A stretch of DNA of 64,000 bases from a virus (IMGVR_UViG_3300014043_000003:69850-133849), one strand, 5' to 3'. Positions 20,132 to 30,493 are shown, numbered from the stretch's first letter. Notes: a model not told the origin generated them from the letters alone. Numbers and translations are program-made.

Positions 20132-22517
20132 CTCCGGAGCCTTCTACCCAACTGCCGTTTACATACCCCTGATATTTTGGATATACGTAATAATACGTAA
20201 GACCGGACCAGTCATCGACTCCTTGGTAGCTGGCTTCAAGCCACGCGCTGATAGAGTTCCACGTATCAGATTGCCCATTCTGGTAATCATTCGCATGCTC
20301 AGCTTCAGCAGCGCGGTATCCGTTGAAATACACAGTTGTGTCGGAATTGCTGCTTCTCTTGAGTAACTCAGTACCGGAGCCGTTTGATACAGTAACGGAC
20401 ACTTCGTAATACATGCCGGTGGAAGATTCGCTTATGTCAAAGTCAACAGATTTCGGCTCATATCTATCCTGGGCATCATTATATCCGTTTCTCCAAACGG
20501 TGCTGTCGGTGTTGTCGGTTCTGGTAAGGAGATCCTCACCGGCTGCATTCTTTGCAGTGGCCTTTATTTCGTAGAAGGTTTCCTTGGCTGTTTTCTCAAA
20601 TGTAATGGACTTAACAGTAAGCGCCGATACCATGTCCTTATACTTCTTGGTATCGGCTATGTTAAAAGACGCTTTTACTCCGCTCGCTACAGGTTTGCCG
20701 CAGGAAATTTCAATCTTGCCATTGCTTTCAGAAGCAGTAAGATTGTGTTCATGCTTTGCAAGGTCAAATTCTGTTGAATCGTTCCCGGTGTTGACGTAGT
20801 ATTTGCTGCTGTAGAATCCACTATTCCCGGCCACGATCATCTGGGCGTAAAAGTAGTCGGGATAAGATGAGCTGTCTTTACTGATCGCTTTGTTGTAGTT
20901 GTTCGCTGCCTGGAGGGAGTTGAGAAGGCCAGTTCCGCCTGAGTAAGATCCTCCTTGGAGAGTCATTGCAGAGCGAAGATCGCTCATGATCTGCGCAAGC
21001 TGATCCGATGTTGCGACGGATTGGTCTCCGACGTAGATGCCGCCGTCGGCACGGATGATGCCTGAGATATCTGCGCCACGGGCGTACATGTTGCCCGAGC
21101 TGTCCACCATGAAGTTCCAGTCTGCCTCAGACGGGATATAGATCTCCGCACTGGACAGTTTTCCGGTGAAGTTACCGTCTCCGTCAAAGAAACCTCCGGT
21201 TCTATCGACGCGGAATATCTCCTTGTCTCCGCTTCCGACTCTGAACCGGTCGTCCAAGAGCTGCCACCAGAAATCCGAATCGCCCTCTTCGCCGCCGGTC
21301 TTGGTGACGCGGGCAAGGATCTCGTCCTGATGGATCGCAAGCGTGGCCTCCGCATTATAAAGGCGGCGGGTGTACTTGCGGTCCGCGGAGGACTCGCACT
21401 GGTACTCGTGGTCGATTTCCTCTTCTCCGGGGGCGCCGAAATCACAGGTGAGATACTTTCCGAAGGTGATCTCCTGCGTGAATAGGCCGCCGGTAGCGGA
21501 TTTCCCGTCCTTGGACCGGACTGTCACATAGTCGCCGATCTCAACCTTGGGGTCCACTTCTCCGGCCTCTGCCTGAAACGGGGTATAGACATAGCCGGAC
21601 ATTTTGCTGTAGAGCCAATCGGCCTGCGCCTGCGTTGCCCACGGGCACTCGATCTCAAAGACGTATCCGCCGGATTCAAAACCGCCGACATAGCAGTCTA
21701 TTTCCTCATCCTCGCCGCTGCCGTCGTTCTTGGGCTTCTTCACCTTGTACCCTTTTTCGGATATAAGCATGCGAACGCCGACGCACTCATCGTACTGAGG
21801 ATAGACCTGCAGGCCCTGCGCGTTCATGCCGAGGTCATACACTGAGGTGTTTCGCCACGGGCAGATCAGTTGCAGGTAGCCGAAGTCATTGATGATGAAG
21901 CTGCCTCCGTAGAGGGCGGCGATATTTCCCAGCGTCTCCCGGATCGTATACTGTGTCGGCAGAGGAATCTCAAAATCCCTCTGATTCATGATCGTGTATG
22001 TGCGATCATCGACAGTCACACTGAGAGCGCGGGCTGCATACTCCATGGCCGCAATCGCCGTGGTCTTCCCTTCCTGCAGCCAGGCGTTGGGGAAGGTATC
22101 GAACAGCTTTTCTCCGCGCATCATGACATCCATGCCGACGATGGATATGACTTCATCATCATTGATGAGCTGAGAGTCTGAGCTGCGTGTGTCAATATAG
22201 AACGTACCCTTCGGTATCCATTCGCTGACGCTGCTCTCATCCTCGGTCATGGCGCGGACAGAGACGTCGATTTTGGCATTGCGTGGAATGCGGGAGCTGT
22301 TGCCAAAGATCTCAAGCTCAATCTCCCTTGAATCTGCCTTGCCAAACTGAATGGTATTGGTGCCGAAGGTGTGACCCCGCGTTATGACTGAACGCAGGGT
22401 CCCTTTTCTGCCTTCTCTTTTCTGAACATATTCGACATTGGCGATCGTCACCCTTGTTTCAAACTTATGGCTTTCCTGAGCAACGATCTGGTTATATGTA
22501 CTTGATACGCTGTGCAT
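20109..22517 (-). CDS. Tail hub / Tal-like baseplate protein, 802 aa
   Basis: Position after Dit; IPKGTFYID...D.M, Y.P.....G..DP..E.GD hub motifs. Confidence 0.7.
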   Translation of the reverse strand: MHSVSSTYNQIVAQESHKFETRVTIANVEYVQKREGRKGTLRSVITRGHTFGTNTIQFGKADSREIELEIFGNSSRIPRNAKIDVSVRAMTEDESSVSEWIPKGTFYIDTRSSDSQLINDDEVISIVGMDVMMRGEKLFDTFPNAWLQEGKTTAIAAMEYAARALSVTVDDRTYTIMNQRDFEIPLPTQYTIRETLGNIAALYGGSFIINDFGYLQLICPWRNTSVYDLGMNAQGLQVYPQYDECVGVRMLISEKGYKVKKPKNDGSGEDEEIDCYVGGFESGGYVFEIECPWATQAQADWLYSKMSGYVYTPFQAEAGEVDPKVEIGDYVTVRSKDGKSATGGLFTQEITFGKYLTCDFGAPGEEEIDHEYQCESSADRKYTRRLYNAEATLAIHQDEILARVTKTGGEEGDSDFWWQLLDDRFRVGSGDKEIFRVDRTGGFFDGDGNFTGKLSSAEIYIPSEADWNFMVDSSGNMYARGADISGIIRADGGIYVGDQSVATSDQLAQIMSDLRSAMTLQGGSYSGGTGLLNSLQAANNYNKAISKDSSSYPDYFYAQMIVAGNSGFYSSKYYVNTGNDSTEFDLAKHEHNLTASESNGKIEISCGKPVASGVKASFNIADTKKYKDMVSALTVKSITFEKTAKETFYEIKATAKNAAGEDLLTRTDNTDSTVWRNGYNDAQDRYEPKSVDFDISESSTGMYYEVSVTVSNGSGTELLKRSSNSDTTVYFNGYRAAEAEHANDYQNGQSDTWNSISAWLEASYQGVDDWSGLTYYYVYPKYQGYVNGSWVEGSGDGGYYYA

Positions 22518-22523
22518 TGATCG

Positions 22524-22895
22524 TCACCTTTCTATGACGTTGAAGGAAACGCCGTTGTGCTTGAGGATGCCGTCGGTGGTCATTGCCTTAACTCCGCCTT
22601 TTCTGGAGCTGTTGTAGCCAGAGTAGCTTACTTCTCCATCGTCGGGGAGCATGTTTGTACGCACGGTGACATACTCGCCGCGCAAAGCACGAATGATCGG
22701 TATGAGGTCGGATGCTTTGATGGGAACGAGCTTGAACAGGAGCTTGTACTTCTCGGCCACTTTGCCGCGGTGCATGTCACCCCCAAGGTCACGGCCGGAT
22801 TTGGGCGCATCCAGATCGTTGGACTCCCAGCTCACCTCTTCGATCCATTTCGTGATGTTCAAACCACCTATGTAGCAATACCATTGTTCATCCAT
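22524..22895 (-). CDS. Distal tail protein (Dit-like)
   Basis: Immediately after the tape measure gene; SGRDLGGDMHR...SFNVIER. Confidence 0.7.
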   Translation of the reverse strand: MDEQWYCYIGGLNITKWIEEVSWESNDLDAPKSGRDLGGDMHRGKVAEKYKLLFKLVPIKASDLIPIIRALRGEYVTVRTNMLPDDGEVSYSGYNSSRKGGVKAMTTDGILKHNGVSFNVIER

Positions 22896-22904
22896 GGCAG
22901 AACA

Positions 22905-25541
22905 TCACACTCCTTCCGCCCGCTGCATCTGGCGCTGTATCTTCGTGACTTTCTTTGCGATAGCACGGAAATCGCCGAAGTCGATCACGAACTGGCCGTT
23001 CAGGATGGCGTCTTCGAGGCCAGAAATAAGCTCGAAGAGTCTCTCCATGAGGTCGTCTCCATCTCCCCCAGCGCTTTCTCCGCCGGAAGCGGCAGCCACG
23101 GCATAAGGAAGCAGTGCGCCGCCGGCAATGCCTGGCGTCCTGTAGGACACGTTCTCCGCGATGGCATTCAGAGCCTCCGTGAGGCGTCCGGTCTTGCCTT
23201 CCATGCCTTCTGCGAACAGGTCCACCATATCCGGGCCGCTCTTGTCGAAGTCCGAGAGAGGACCCTTGTCCGGCAAGCTGAATCCGATATAGCTGTCAAC
23301 AGTCTGAGCAACGCCGACGAGGGTGTTTACCAGGTCGGGCATGCGGGCATTGATACCGTTGATGAATTCAATCATCAGGTCAGAGCCCCAAACCATGGCA
23401 TTTGTGGCGAGCTGCGTAAAGATCGTGCCTGTTGTGGTGCTCAGCATGTTCAATTCGTTCTCCGCCTCGGCGTTCAACTGCTGCAAGGACGTAACCACGT
23501 TGGTCTTCATCTCTTCTGAGGAAGTCTTCACCTTCTCCGAAGTGGTGTCGAAATTTGTCGAAGTATCGTCCTTGATCTTTGTTACGCTGGTTTCGACAGC
23601 CTGTGCCGCGTCGGAAGCTGATGTAGCAATCGCGGAGTAGGCTTCGGCGTATGCTTCGGAGGCGGTCTGAATTGCTGAGGCACTGTCGGAAGCTGCCCCG
23701 GAAGCATTGTTCAGGGAGGTCTCCATGCCGTCTGCCGATTCAGAGGTCTTGTCTGCGCCGGTAAACCAGCCCTTGACGGAATCCCACCAGCCGGAGATGG
23801 TTTCTTTCAGGCCGGTCCATGCCTTGCTGATGTTTTCCTTGATCGTATCGAGGTTCGGCAGGAGTTCGGTGACGCCGTTTATCAGGCCTTGGATGATGTT
23901 TCGGCCCATGTCAGCCATGACAGTTGAAGGGCTGTGTATGCCGAGGCCGGTCTTAAATCCATTCACGAACGGGTCAATGACGTGTTCCTTGATCCAATCT
24001 CCGATGCCTTTGATCTTCTCAATGATGCCTTCAAACAGGCCCTCAATGCAGAACTTGCCGTCCTCGAAGGCGACCTCATGCCACCAATCCTTGAGGTTCT
24101 GCCATGCAGCCTTGATGTTCTCCCAGAGCTGTTCGACAAGCTCCTCAAAGCTGAAGCCGGTGAATTTCTGAAGAAGTGTCTCGAATGAATTCCATATATC
24201 GTCATAGAATTTGACGATCATCCCGACGATCCTGCCGATAAACTCGGCGAGGCCGATATCTCCGCTGAACAGATCCTTGAGCGTCTGAATGACGTTGGTG
24301 ATCGTGTCAATGCACTGCGGAAGCCTTTCGTCAATGACATACTGGAACAGCGGTTCAAGGATGTTGTGCCACAGGTCTTCGAGTATCGGGCTGACTGTAT
24401 CGGACAGCTCCTTGATCGTCTCTCCAAGTTTTCGGAGAGATGCGACGACCGGATGCTCCTGCTCGTCGGTTCCGCCTAAGAGTCCGTTCAGGAGGTCCAG
24501 AGCAGCCTCCCACACTTCACGCAGGAAGCCGAAGATCGCCTGAGCAATCTCGTCTTTGCGCTCCCAGATCTTCTCGAAGAAGGTCCGAATACCTTCGCCG
24601 ATCTTCTGGAAGTCAGCCTCGGCAATCGCATCGCCGAGAGACTCGAATATGCCGATGATGGCATCAATGACGACGTTGGCGGTCTGCTCCCAGTCGAGGC
24701 CGGCAAGGAAGCCGGTAAGTATCCCGAAGGCGATGATGAACTTACCGACAAGAACGGTTCCGAGGTCCTTGCCGTCTATGTTCTTCAGCACACCGTTTAC
24801 GAACTTGGCAATCCCGTCGCCGAGGCCTTGCCAGTCGATATCGTTTATGAGTCTTGCGAATATGTGGAGGGCGCCGCCGAGGTACTCTCCTATAGCATCG
24901 CCGAGTTCGAAAGCCTTTTCCTGAAATGCGTGAATGAGTCCGTTGATCTTCTCCACCAGAAGATCCGCTGCCTCATCCCACATCTTGTTTTTCAGAAGCT
25001 CGGCCAGCTTCTTCATCCACTCAGTCGGCTCAAGGTCCTTGAGTGGGTTTTGCTTATTATTGTTGTTTCCGTTACTGCTGTTGTCCTGGAGGACATTCAG
25101 CTCATCGAATCCGGCGAGGGTGCGCTGCAGCTCCTTGACGGATTTGTTGGCCTTTGTGGAAAGGTCGGATGCGGATTTGCCTGTAACTCCAAGCAGTTTC
25201 AGGAATCCGAGGAAATAAGAAACCGCCGTTGACACCCACTCGATGATCTGTGTGATGATCGGTCCGAGCAGGTTGCCTACGGCGGTCCATATAGCGTTCA
25301 TGCGTTGGGAAAGCTCTTCATTCTGAGACATGAAGGCACTTACGCCCTTACTGATAATCCCGTAAGCGGAGCCAACGCCGATAATCATGGGTATCAAACC
25401 CCTGATTTTGCTTGTCATCTGCGTTCCAAACCGCTTCACTGAATTGGACAGCGTCTTGACAGCCTTTTCGATCTCTTTCGTGCCCTTCTTGAAACCGTCG
25501 GTTGCAAGGTTGGCAGCTATCGTCAGGCCTTCCTCAAACAC
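22905..25541 (-). CDS. Tape measure protein, 878 aa
   Basis: Long helical A/I/G-rich protein with W/F-periodic repeats, LAGFDELN and GIHSPS motifs. Confidence 0.9.
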   Translation of the reverse strand: MFEEGLTIAANLATDGFKKGTKEIEKAVKTLSNSVKRFGTQMTSKIRGLIPMIIGVGSAYGIISKGVSAFMSQNEELSQRMNAIWTAVGNLLGPIITQIIEWVSTAVSYFLGFLKLLGVTGKSASDLSTKANKSVKELQRTLAGFDELNVLQDNSSNGNNNNKQNPLKDLEPTEWMKKLAELLKNKMWDEAADLLVEKINGLIHAFQEKAFELGDAIGEYLGGALHIFARLINDIDWQGLGDGIAKFVNGVLKNIDGKDLGTVLVGKFIIAFGILTGFLAGLDWEQTANVVIDAIIGIFESLGDAIAEADFQKIGEGIRTFFEKIWERKDEIAQAIFGFLREVWEAALDLLNGLLGGTDEQEHPVVASLRKLGETIKELSDTVSPILEDLWHNILEPLFQYVIDERLPQCIDTITNVIQTLKDLFSGDIGLAEFIGRIVGMIVKFYDDIWNSFETLLQKFTGFSFEELVEQLWENIKAAWQNLKDWWHEVAFEDGKFCIEGLFEGIIEKIKGIGDWIKEHVIDPFVNGFKTGLGIHSPSTVMADMGRNIIQGLINGVTELLPNLDTIKENISKAWTGLKETISGWWDSVKGWFTGADKTSESADGMETSLNNASGAASDSASAIQTASEAYAEAYSAIATSASDAAQAVETSVTKIKDDTSTNFDTTSEKVKTSSEEMKTNVVTSLQQLNAEAENELNMLSTTTGTIFTQLATNAMVWGSDLMIEFINGINARMPDLVNTLVGVAQTVDSYIGFSLPDKGPLSDFDKSGPDMVDLFAEGMEGKTGRLTEALNAIAENVSYRTPGIAGGALLPYAVAAASGGESAGGDGDDLMERLFELISGLEDAILNGQFVIDFGDFRAIAKKVTKIQRQMQRAEGV

Positions 25542-25557
25542 ATTACTTCACCTCTGT

Positions 25558-26130
25558 TCAACCTAAAAGTTCCAACAACAGCGCCTCGTCTTCTTCGAGC
25601 TTCCGTCTCTCTTCTTCTGTCATTCGCGGCTTGATCTGAACAAGATCCTTGTTCTCCTCATAGAATTCCTTTTCATAAGGCTCAAGCCGTTTGCCCCGTG
25701 CCTTTTTGCTCCTGATCGTCAGGACCGTGGCATAGGTGCATTCGCCTATCTCCATAAACCAGCCGAGGAAGGTCCACCAATGGACATCTTCTTCTGCGCG
25801 GATCTCCTTCCCGGCAACGCGGTTGATCGCCGGTATCATGATCCTGTAGTCTTGCTCGAAATCGACCATCTTGAGCTGCTGCTTTTTATCTGGCTGAGCG
25901 TCGTTGTTCACGAAGTTGAGCGCAGCGTCAAAAGCCGGGGAATAGTCCTCTTTCCTCAGATCGTCGAAGTTCTCATAGATGATGTACAGGAAGGAATACA
26001 CCTTCTCCGAGTCTTGAAGCTCCGGATTGTTAAGAGCCGAGATTGCATCAAGGACCGCGGTGTACTCCCACCGTATGGGCTGTTCTTTTCCGTTTACGAG
26101 AAGGCTTTTCGGGAGACCGTAGTCGAACAT
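25558..26130 (-). CDS. Gp15-like tail assembly chaperone
   Basis: LPKSL.VNG...I...D.EQD...I...HWWTF.GWF pattern; directly before the tape measure gene. Confidence 0.75.
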   Translation of the reverse strand: MFDYGLPKSLLVNGKEQPIRWEYTAVLDAISALNNPELQDSEKVYSFLYIIYENFDDLRKEDYSPAFDAALNFVNNDAQPDKKQQLKMVDFEQDYRIMIPAINRVAGKEIRAEEDVHWWTFLGWFMEIGECTYATVLTIRSKKARGKRLEPYEKEFYEENKDLVQIKPRMTEEERRKLEEDEALLLELLG

Positions 26131-26630
26131 CAGGTGCGGCCTTTCCGGTGCTTGCCGGAGCGATAGCCGTGGGTCTGCGTTCCGATTCTTGTGCGGACCT
26201 TTGTGATCTCAGTGTCGAAAGCCTTGCTGATGAAGACTCCGAGCTGGTCGATGACCTTCTCACAGTAGAATCTGCCGTCGCACGGTGAAAACGGATTCGT
26301 TACAGCGAAGAACGCTTTTCTGGAGTCGGAAGCCAGGACGTAGTCAAGAGCCTCGATAAGCTCTTCCTGCGCCTTGTTGATGATTGCGACGGAATCCTCG
26401 CCTTCGCCCTCTCCGGTGGCGGTGACATTGGCTTCCGTGACAGGCTGGAGGATGTTGGCAAATTTATCTGCCGCCTCCTTGAAGCGATTGACGATGTTGA
26501 TATCTGTAGGGTTATAACGCAGCGTTCCGATCTGATCGTGAAGCGTGTTGTAGACAGGAATCTCACGATAGCCGTCATCTACAACAAACAGATCTTTGCT
26601 CGTTGCCTCTATAGTCTTTTCAGTAGCCAT
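26130..26630 (-). CDS. Tail assembly chaperone
   Basis: Position between tail tube and Gp15-like gene; FNPTD-like YNPTDINIV. Confidence 0.65.
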   Translation of the reverse strand: MATEKTIEATSKDLFVVDDGYREIPVYNTLHDQIGTLRYNPTDINIVNRFKEAADKFANILQPVTEANVTATGEGEGEDSVAIINKAQEELIEALDYVLASDSRKAFFAVTNPFSPCDGRFYCEKVIDQLGVFISKAFDTEITKVRTRIGTQTHGYRSGKHRKGRT

Positions 26631-26699
26631 AGTTCTTTGACCTCCAAAGAATTATCTATATTATTTGATCCCCTGTATTGATCTCCAACTTATGTGTAA

Positions 26700-26945
26700 T
26701 TACGCGGTTTCGCCGTCTTTGAGGCTCTCAGTATTGGGAACAGCCGCAGGCTCGGACTGTTCGGGTGTGCCGATCAGTTCGAGAGAATCGACCTCAACGC
26801 TCATCGGCGCAAGGAAGGTCAGGACAGGCTTTTTTCCGTTCTCCTGATGAACGGAGTACTCAAGCACGTTGTAGGGGACGGGATCGTCGTCCACCACGAG
26901 GGTAATGCGATTGTCCTGTTTAGAAATGATTTTTACCTTTGCCAT
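26700..26945 (-). CDS. Hypothetical protein
   Basis: 81-aa ORF with GGAGG ribosome-binding site. Confidence 0.55.
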   Translation of the reverse strand: MAKVKIISKQDNRITLVVDDDPVPYNVLEYSVHQENGKKPVLTFLAPMSVEVDSLELIGTPEQSEPAAVPNTESLKDGETA

Positions 26946-26989
26946 TTGTAGTGACCTCCATTATTTTGATTTTCTGGTGAAATAGAAGG

Positions 26990-27014
26990 GGCAGGTTCGA
27001 TATACGAACCTGCC
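26990..27014 (-). terminator. Hairpin after the tail-tube genes, probable terminator
   Basis: GGCAGGTTCG-atata-CGAACCTGCC perfect 10-bp stem. Confidence 0.55.
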
Positions 27015-27017
27015 ATC

Positions 27018-27557
27018 TTAGCTGTTGTCTACGCCTGAGATACTCCAGGTCGTTCCGCTTTTGGCAAAAACGACCTTCTTCCGGTTTCCGGCCTTGATGA
27101 GCTGGAAAGGGATCTGGACGCCCTTTGTGTCGCCGCCGAAAGACTGGATCGCTATATAGCAGTCCTCCTTATACGCCCACTCTATTGTGGTTTCGGTTCC
27201 GACACGAATCATCGCATCGACGCAGGTCGTGCGTGTGTCTTCTCCGCTGAGCCTTTCAAGCGCGATTCTCTGCAGGGCATCGTAAAGAGGCTCGTTGTCG
27301 CCTTCTTCGCCGGTCTTTTCCGCATAGTAGGTATCGACCGAGCCGGACGGCTGATATCCTCCGTGGATGACAACGGGTTCCCCGAGTATGTTCTTGTGCT
27401 GCTCGATCTGAGGATTCAGTTCCTCCGAGTAAGCCTCAAGATGCTTGCCCAGGCGGACATAATTTGTTGTGCCTGACGGAAGCAGGGTTGACGCATTCAG
27501 GCTGTGGACCATGTTCGCATCCACGAAATGCGCCAGATACTTTCGTTCAACAATCAT
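27018..27557 (-). CDS. Major tail tube protein, paralogue 2
   Basis: ERKYLAHF...RLGKHLEAYSEELNPQ...GYQPS...GGDTKGVQIPF. Confidence 0.8.
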   Translation of the reverse strand: MIVERKYLAHFVDANMVHSLNASTLLPSGTTNYVRLGKHLEAYSEELNPQIEQHKNILGEPVVIHGGYQPSGSVDTYYAEKTGEEGDNEPLYDALQRIALERLSGEDTRTTCVDAMIRVGTETTIEWAYKEDCYIAIQSFGGDTKGVQIPFQLIKAGNRKKVVFAKSGTTWSISGVDNS

Positions 27558-27594
27558 GATTCTGTCCCCTCCCTCGGTTTAGGACGGGCAGGAA

Positions 27595-28131
27595 TTATGC
27601 CCTGACCGTCAAACCGTTCTTGGAGAAGCTGACCTTAGAGGTAACATCTTCTCTGTTCCCGAGATTCGTGATGTTGAAAGGAATCTGGTAGCCGGACGTG
27701 TCGCCGCCAAGGCTGTTCGGGACACAGTAGCACTCTTCTTTCCACGCCCATTCGGGGTTGACGACAGCGGTGGACGAGGCAACGTCGATGCTCACAAGAG
27801 CGTCGATTCTCTCGGTCTTGCACTGATCGCCCTGCCAACGATTAAGTGCGATGGCTTCGAGGTACTGATACAGGTAGTAATCGTTGTCCTCGGCATCCTT
27901 CGTCGCATAGAAGGTGTCCACGGCACTGGAAGGCTGATAGCCGTTATGGATCGCGTTGTTGAAGCCCCAGATGTTCTTACGAACATCGACCTGGGGGTTA
28001 AGCTCCTCGGCGAACGCCTCAAGATGCTGTCCGATGCGCACCCACACGAAGTCGTCAAATTCGACGCCAGTGGTGTTGGTGATCGTGGAAGGGACCTTCA
28101 GGTAATGGACGAGATATTTTCTTTCGATCAT
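27595..28131 (-). CDS. Major tail tube protein, paralogue 1
   Basis: ERKYLVHY...RIGQHLEAFAEELNPQ...GYQPS...GGDTSGYQIPF. Confidence 0.8.
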   Translation of the reverse strand: MIERKYLVHYLKVPSTITNTTGVEFDDFVWVRIGQHLEAFAEELNPQVDVRKNIWGFNNAIHNGYQPSSAVDTFYATKDAEDNDYYLYQYLEAIALNRWQGDQCKTERIDALVSIDVASSTAVVNPEWAWKEECYCVPNSLGGDTSGYQIPFNITNLGNREDVTSKVSFSKNGLTVRA

Positions 28132-28146
28132 GGATCTTTTGTCTCC

Positions 28147-28659
28147 TTACCTATTGAATTCGTTCAGGTATTGCACCTGAAGATTTGTGACCCACACCTC
28201 GGCTTTACCATCGTCGATGGTGCTGAGATAGGTCGTGGACGTGCGCGAGATGTCTTTGATCTTTCGCCCGTCGGTGAGGGAAGACCACTCTTCGAGGCGG
28301 TACTGTTTGCCTTTGAGCGTAACAGGCTGCCGCGTCATCCAGCGGGCAAAGGTGTCAATCCATTCCTTCGTAATCATCTTCCGCTTTTCGTTCAAACCGG
28401 ACGCGCGATAGATCACCATAAAAGGATAGAGGCACCGCTGCCACACATGGCCGGTGATGCTCTCGTGGCTCTCCATTATGAATGAGCCGGACGTTGCCAC
28501 GATGGAGAGTCCGTCTTCGGGTTCCGTCTCGCAGAACTTGAAGTGCTCGTCGATCTCCTTGACAAGTCCGGGGTATGTGTTGACCATCTTCATGATGGCA
28601 TTTGTGATAGACTCGTACCCTTCGGGATCTGGGACAAGCTCAGCAGTTTTTTTACTCAT
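28147..28659 (-). CDS. Tail terminator / minor structural protein
   Basis: Synteny; YPF..IYR motif. Confidence 0.65.
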   Translation of the reverse strand: MSKKTAELVPDPEGYESITNAIMKMVNTYPGLVKEIDEHFKFCETEPEDGLSIVATSGSFIMESHESITGHVWQRCLYPFMVIYRASGLNEKRKMITKEWIDTFARWMTRQPVTLKGKQYRLEEWSSLTDGRKIKDISRTSTTYLSTIDDGKAEVWVTNLQVQYLNEFNR

Positions 28660-29069
28660 TTTCTCTCCCCACGAGCTATGATCTCCTTGACTCCCCCTAT
28701 GAGCTCATACTTGTACTGCTGCACAACGTACTCGCCCCAATAGGGCTTCGTCAGGGGATTTGTCCAGTTCCACGGTTTTCCGGTTCTCGGATTGATGCCT
28801 CCGTACAGCTTCTTGCCATAGGGCAGGCCATAGGTTTTCACCCAGCCGTCGCCATAGTTGGAGGCGTTTTCCTGCACGGTCCGATTAACGAGCGCGCCGG
28901 TCTTATAGGGCATGAACGGAGTCATCTTATCGACGATGGTCTTTTCGAGCCATTGCTGCGCCTTCTTGAAACGCGGCACGAACTTGGAGAACTTTATGTT
29001 GCATCTGAGATTTCCACTCAGATACGTGAAGTCCTGGAAGTCAGGCTCAAATCCGCTTGAAAACGCCAT
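28656..29069 (-). CDS. Minor capsid / neck protein (A118 gp11-like)
   Basis: AQQWL...M.PFMP..TG.L...PYGKKLY.G pattern. Confidence 0.65.
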   Translation of the reverse strand: MAFSSGFEPDFQDFTYLSGNLRCNIKFSKFVPRFKKAQQWLEKTIVDKMTPFMPYKTGALVNRTVQENASNYGDGWVKTYGLPYGKKLYGGINPRTGKPWNWTNPLTKPYWGEYVVQQYKYELIGGVKEIIARGERK

Positions 29070-29078
29070 ATCGTCTTA

Positions 29079-29552
29079 TCACCTCGCAGAAATCACGAAA
29101 TGCGGCAGCAGATTGAACTTGTTCGCCCCGGAGATGGAATACACGCCGTCATAGCTTTTTTTCATGTAGTTATAGAAGCCGTGCCGGTCATACGCATCGT
29201 CGGAAATGGCGCCCTTGAAGCCATGCACTCCTTCGATGAAGAAGTCGGCGTTGTCGTCGTGCCCATAGGCAAAAGTAATGGCCTTCTCAGGCTCCACGAG
29301 GCGCCTGTAGGCCTTTGGCTCATAGTAGGGCTTGTTCGCAACGATGATTTGGCCGCCTTTCACCACGTAGAGGACACGGAGTTCTGCGGTGCTTCCGCTT
29401 GCCCCGCCCTGATTGTTCCAGGATGAGGAATGCGTGTCGATCAGGTGTACCCCTTCGAGGACGGTGGGATACCAGAAGGTCTCCCCGTCCGCATCCTTGA
29501 TCCGGTTGAACAGGGTCACGGTCTGCTGATACAGAACATCAAACGGACCCAT
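29079..29552 (-). CDS. Head closure / head-tail joining protein
   Basis: TVTLFN...WYPTVL.GV...LLPHF pattern. Confidence 0.6.
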   Translation of the reverse strand: MGPFDVLYQQTVTLFNRIKDADGETFWYPTVLEGVHLIDTHSSSWNNQGGASGSTAELRVLYVVKGGQIIVANKPYYEPKAYRRLVEPEKAITFAYGHDDNADFFIEGVHGFKGAISDDAYDRHGFYNYMKKSYDGVYSISGANKFNLLPHFVISAR

Positions 29553-29943
29553 TGAAATACTCCTCTCCGGCTATGTGGATCGGAACGACGACCATACGGC
29601 GAAGCTCCATGAACTGTGTGCCATAGATGGTCATTGCGTACTCAGCGTCAGCATTGACATTGCCGACACCTGAGCTGGCAAAGCTGATGGAGCTTCCTCC
29701 GTCCGAAACGCTCGATGCCGAATAGGCATTCCCGAGCTTGCTCATCTCTCCAAGCGGATTGCTGCCGCGGCCGGCCATCTTCATCTTGTGGCAGACGAGG
29801 AGGGCCAAAGCCTGATCGTAAAGGCTCCTGAACTGTTTCTTGCTGACCATCGGCTTGCAAAACTCTATCCACTTAGCAATGATGTCTTCAGGCTCATTGG
29901 CAAACTCCTCGGAGACAATCTTGATATAGTCCATTGTGGTCAT
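29539..29943 (-). CDS. Head-tail adaptor (DUF4054-like)
   Basis: ALLVCH...SVSDG..SISF...T.YG.QF..L. Confidence 0.75.
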   Translation of the reverse strand: MTTMDYIKIVSEEFANEPEDIIAKWIEFCKPMVSKKQFRSLYDQALALLVCHKMKMAGRGSNPLGEMSKLGNAYSASSVSDGGSSISFASSGVGNVNADAEYAMTIYGTQFMELRRMVVVPIHIAGEEYFNGSV

Positions 29944-29994
29944 TGCTGGAAAACACCTCGTCTCTCAGAAACAGTCTTATTGCCGAAATGATTC

Positions 29995-30363
29995 TTACTC
30001 GGCAGCGGCCTTGGCGGCAGCCTTCGCGGCCTTGGTGCGCGCTCTCTTCTCAGCCGGGGTAAGCTCTTTCGCCTCCGCTGCGGGCTCATCAGCCTCATCA
30101 TCAGCAACAGGATCGGCCTCAACAGGGGCAGCTTTCGCGGCGGCCTTTGCGGGATAATCAAAGCTGATCAGGCCCATCTTCTTCTGGACCTTGAGGGACT
30201 TGATGACGTCCAGCTTGCCAGTGCTCCGGCCACGGTCGTCCAGAACAGGGGTGAGAACTTCGGAATCAGGGATGTCCTTTTCCTCGCCGGGCAGAAGCCA
30301 GTACTTGCCGATGCCGATGACCTTGTCCGCATGCACGCTCGCAGATGTGTTCTTGATAAGCAT
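29995..30363 (-). CDS. Hypothetical head-associated protein with A/K-rich tail
   Basis: True start MLIKNTS at 30363; the longer ORF-track N-terminus overlaps the capsid gene. Confidence 0.65.
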   Translation of the reverse strand: MLIKNTSASVHADKVIGIGKYWLLPGEEKDIPDSEVLTPVLDDRGRSTGKLDVIKSLKVQKKMGLISFDYPAKAAAKAAPVEADPVADDEADEPAAEAKELTPAEKRARTKAAKAAAKAAAE

Positions 30364-30493
30364 TGTGTATTCCTCCAACATGTTAAATTGGGGACTGCCC
30401 CCCCTCTTTGGGAGGAGCAGTCCCCGGTTTATTGAATTATGTCGTACGTGGTAATATCTGTGCTGTAGGTTTCTGTCCCTGCCGTCGGCGTGA

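Noticed and set aside
25558-26630. Programmed frameshift between tail assembly chaperones
   Set aside because: Both are complete ORFs with overlapping stop/start, and I found no clear slippery site
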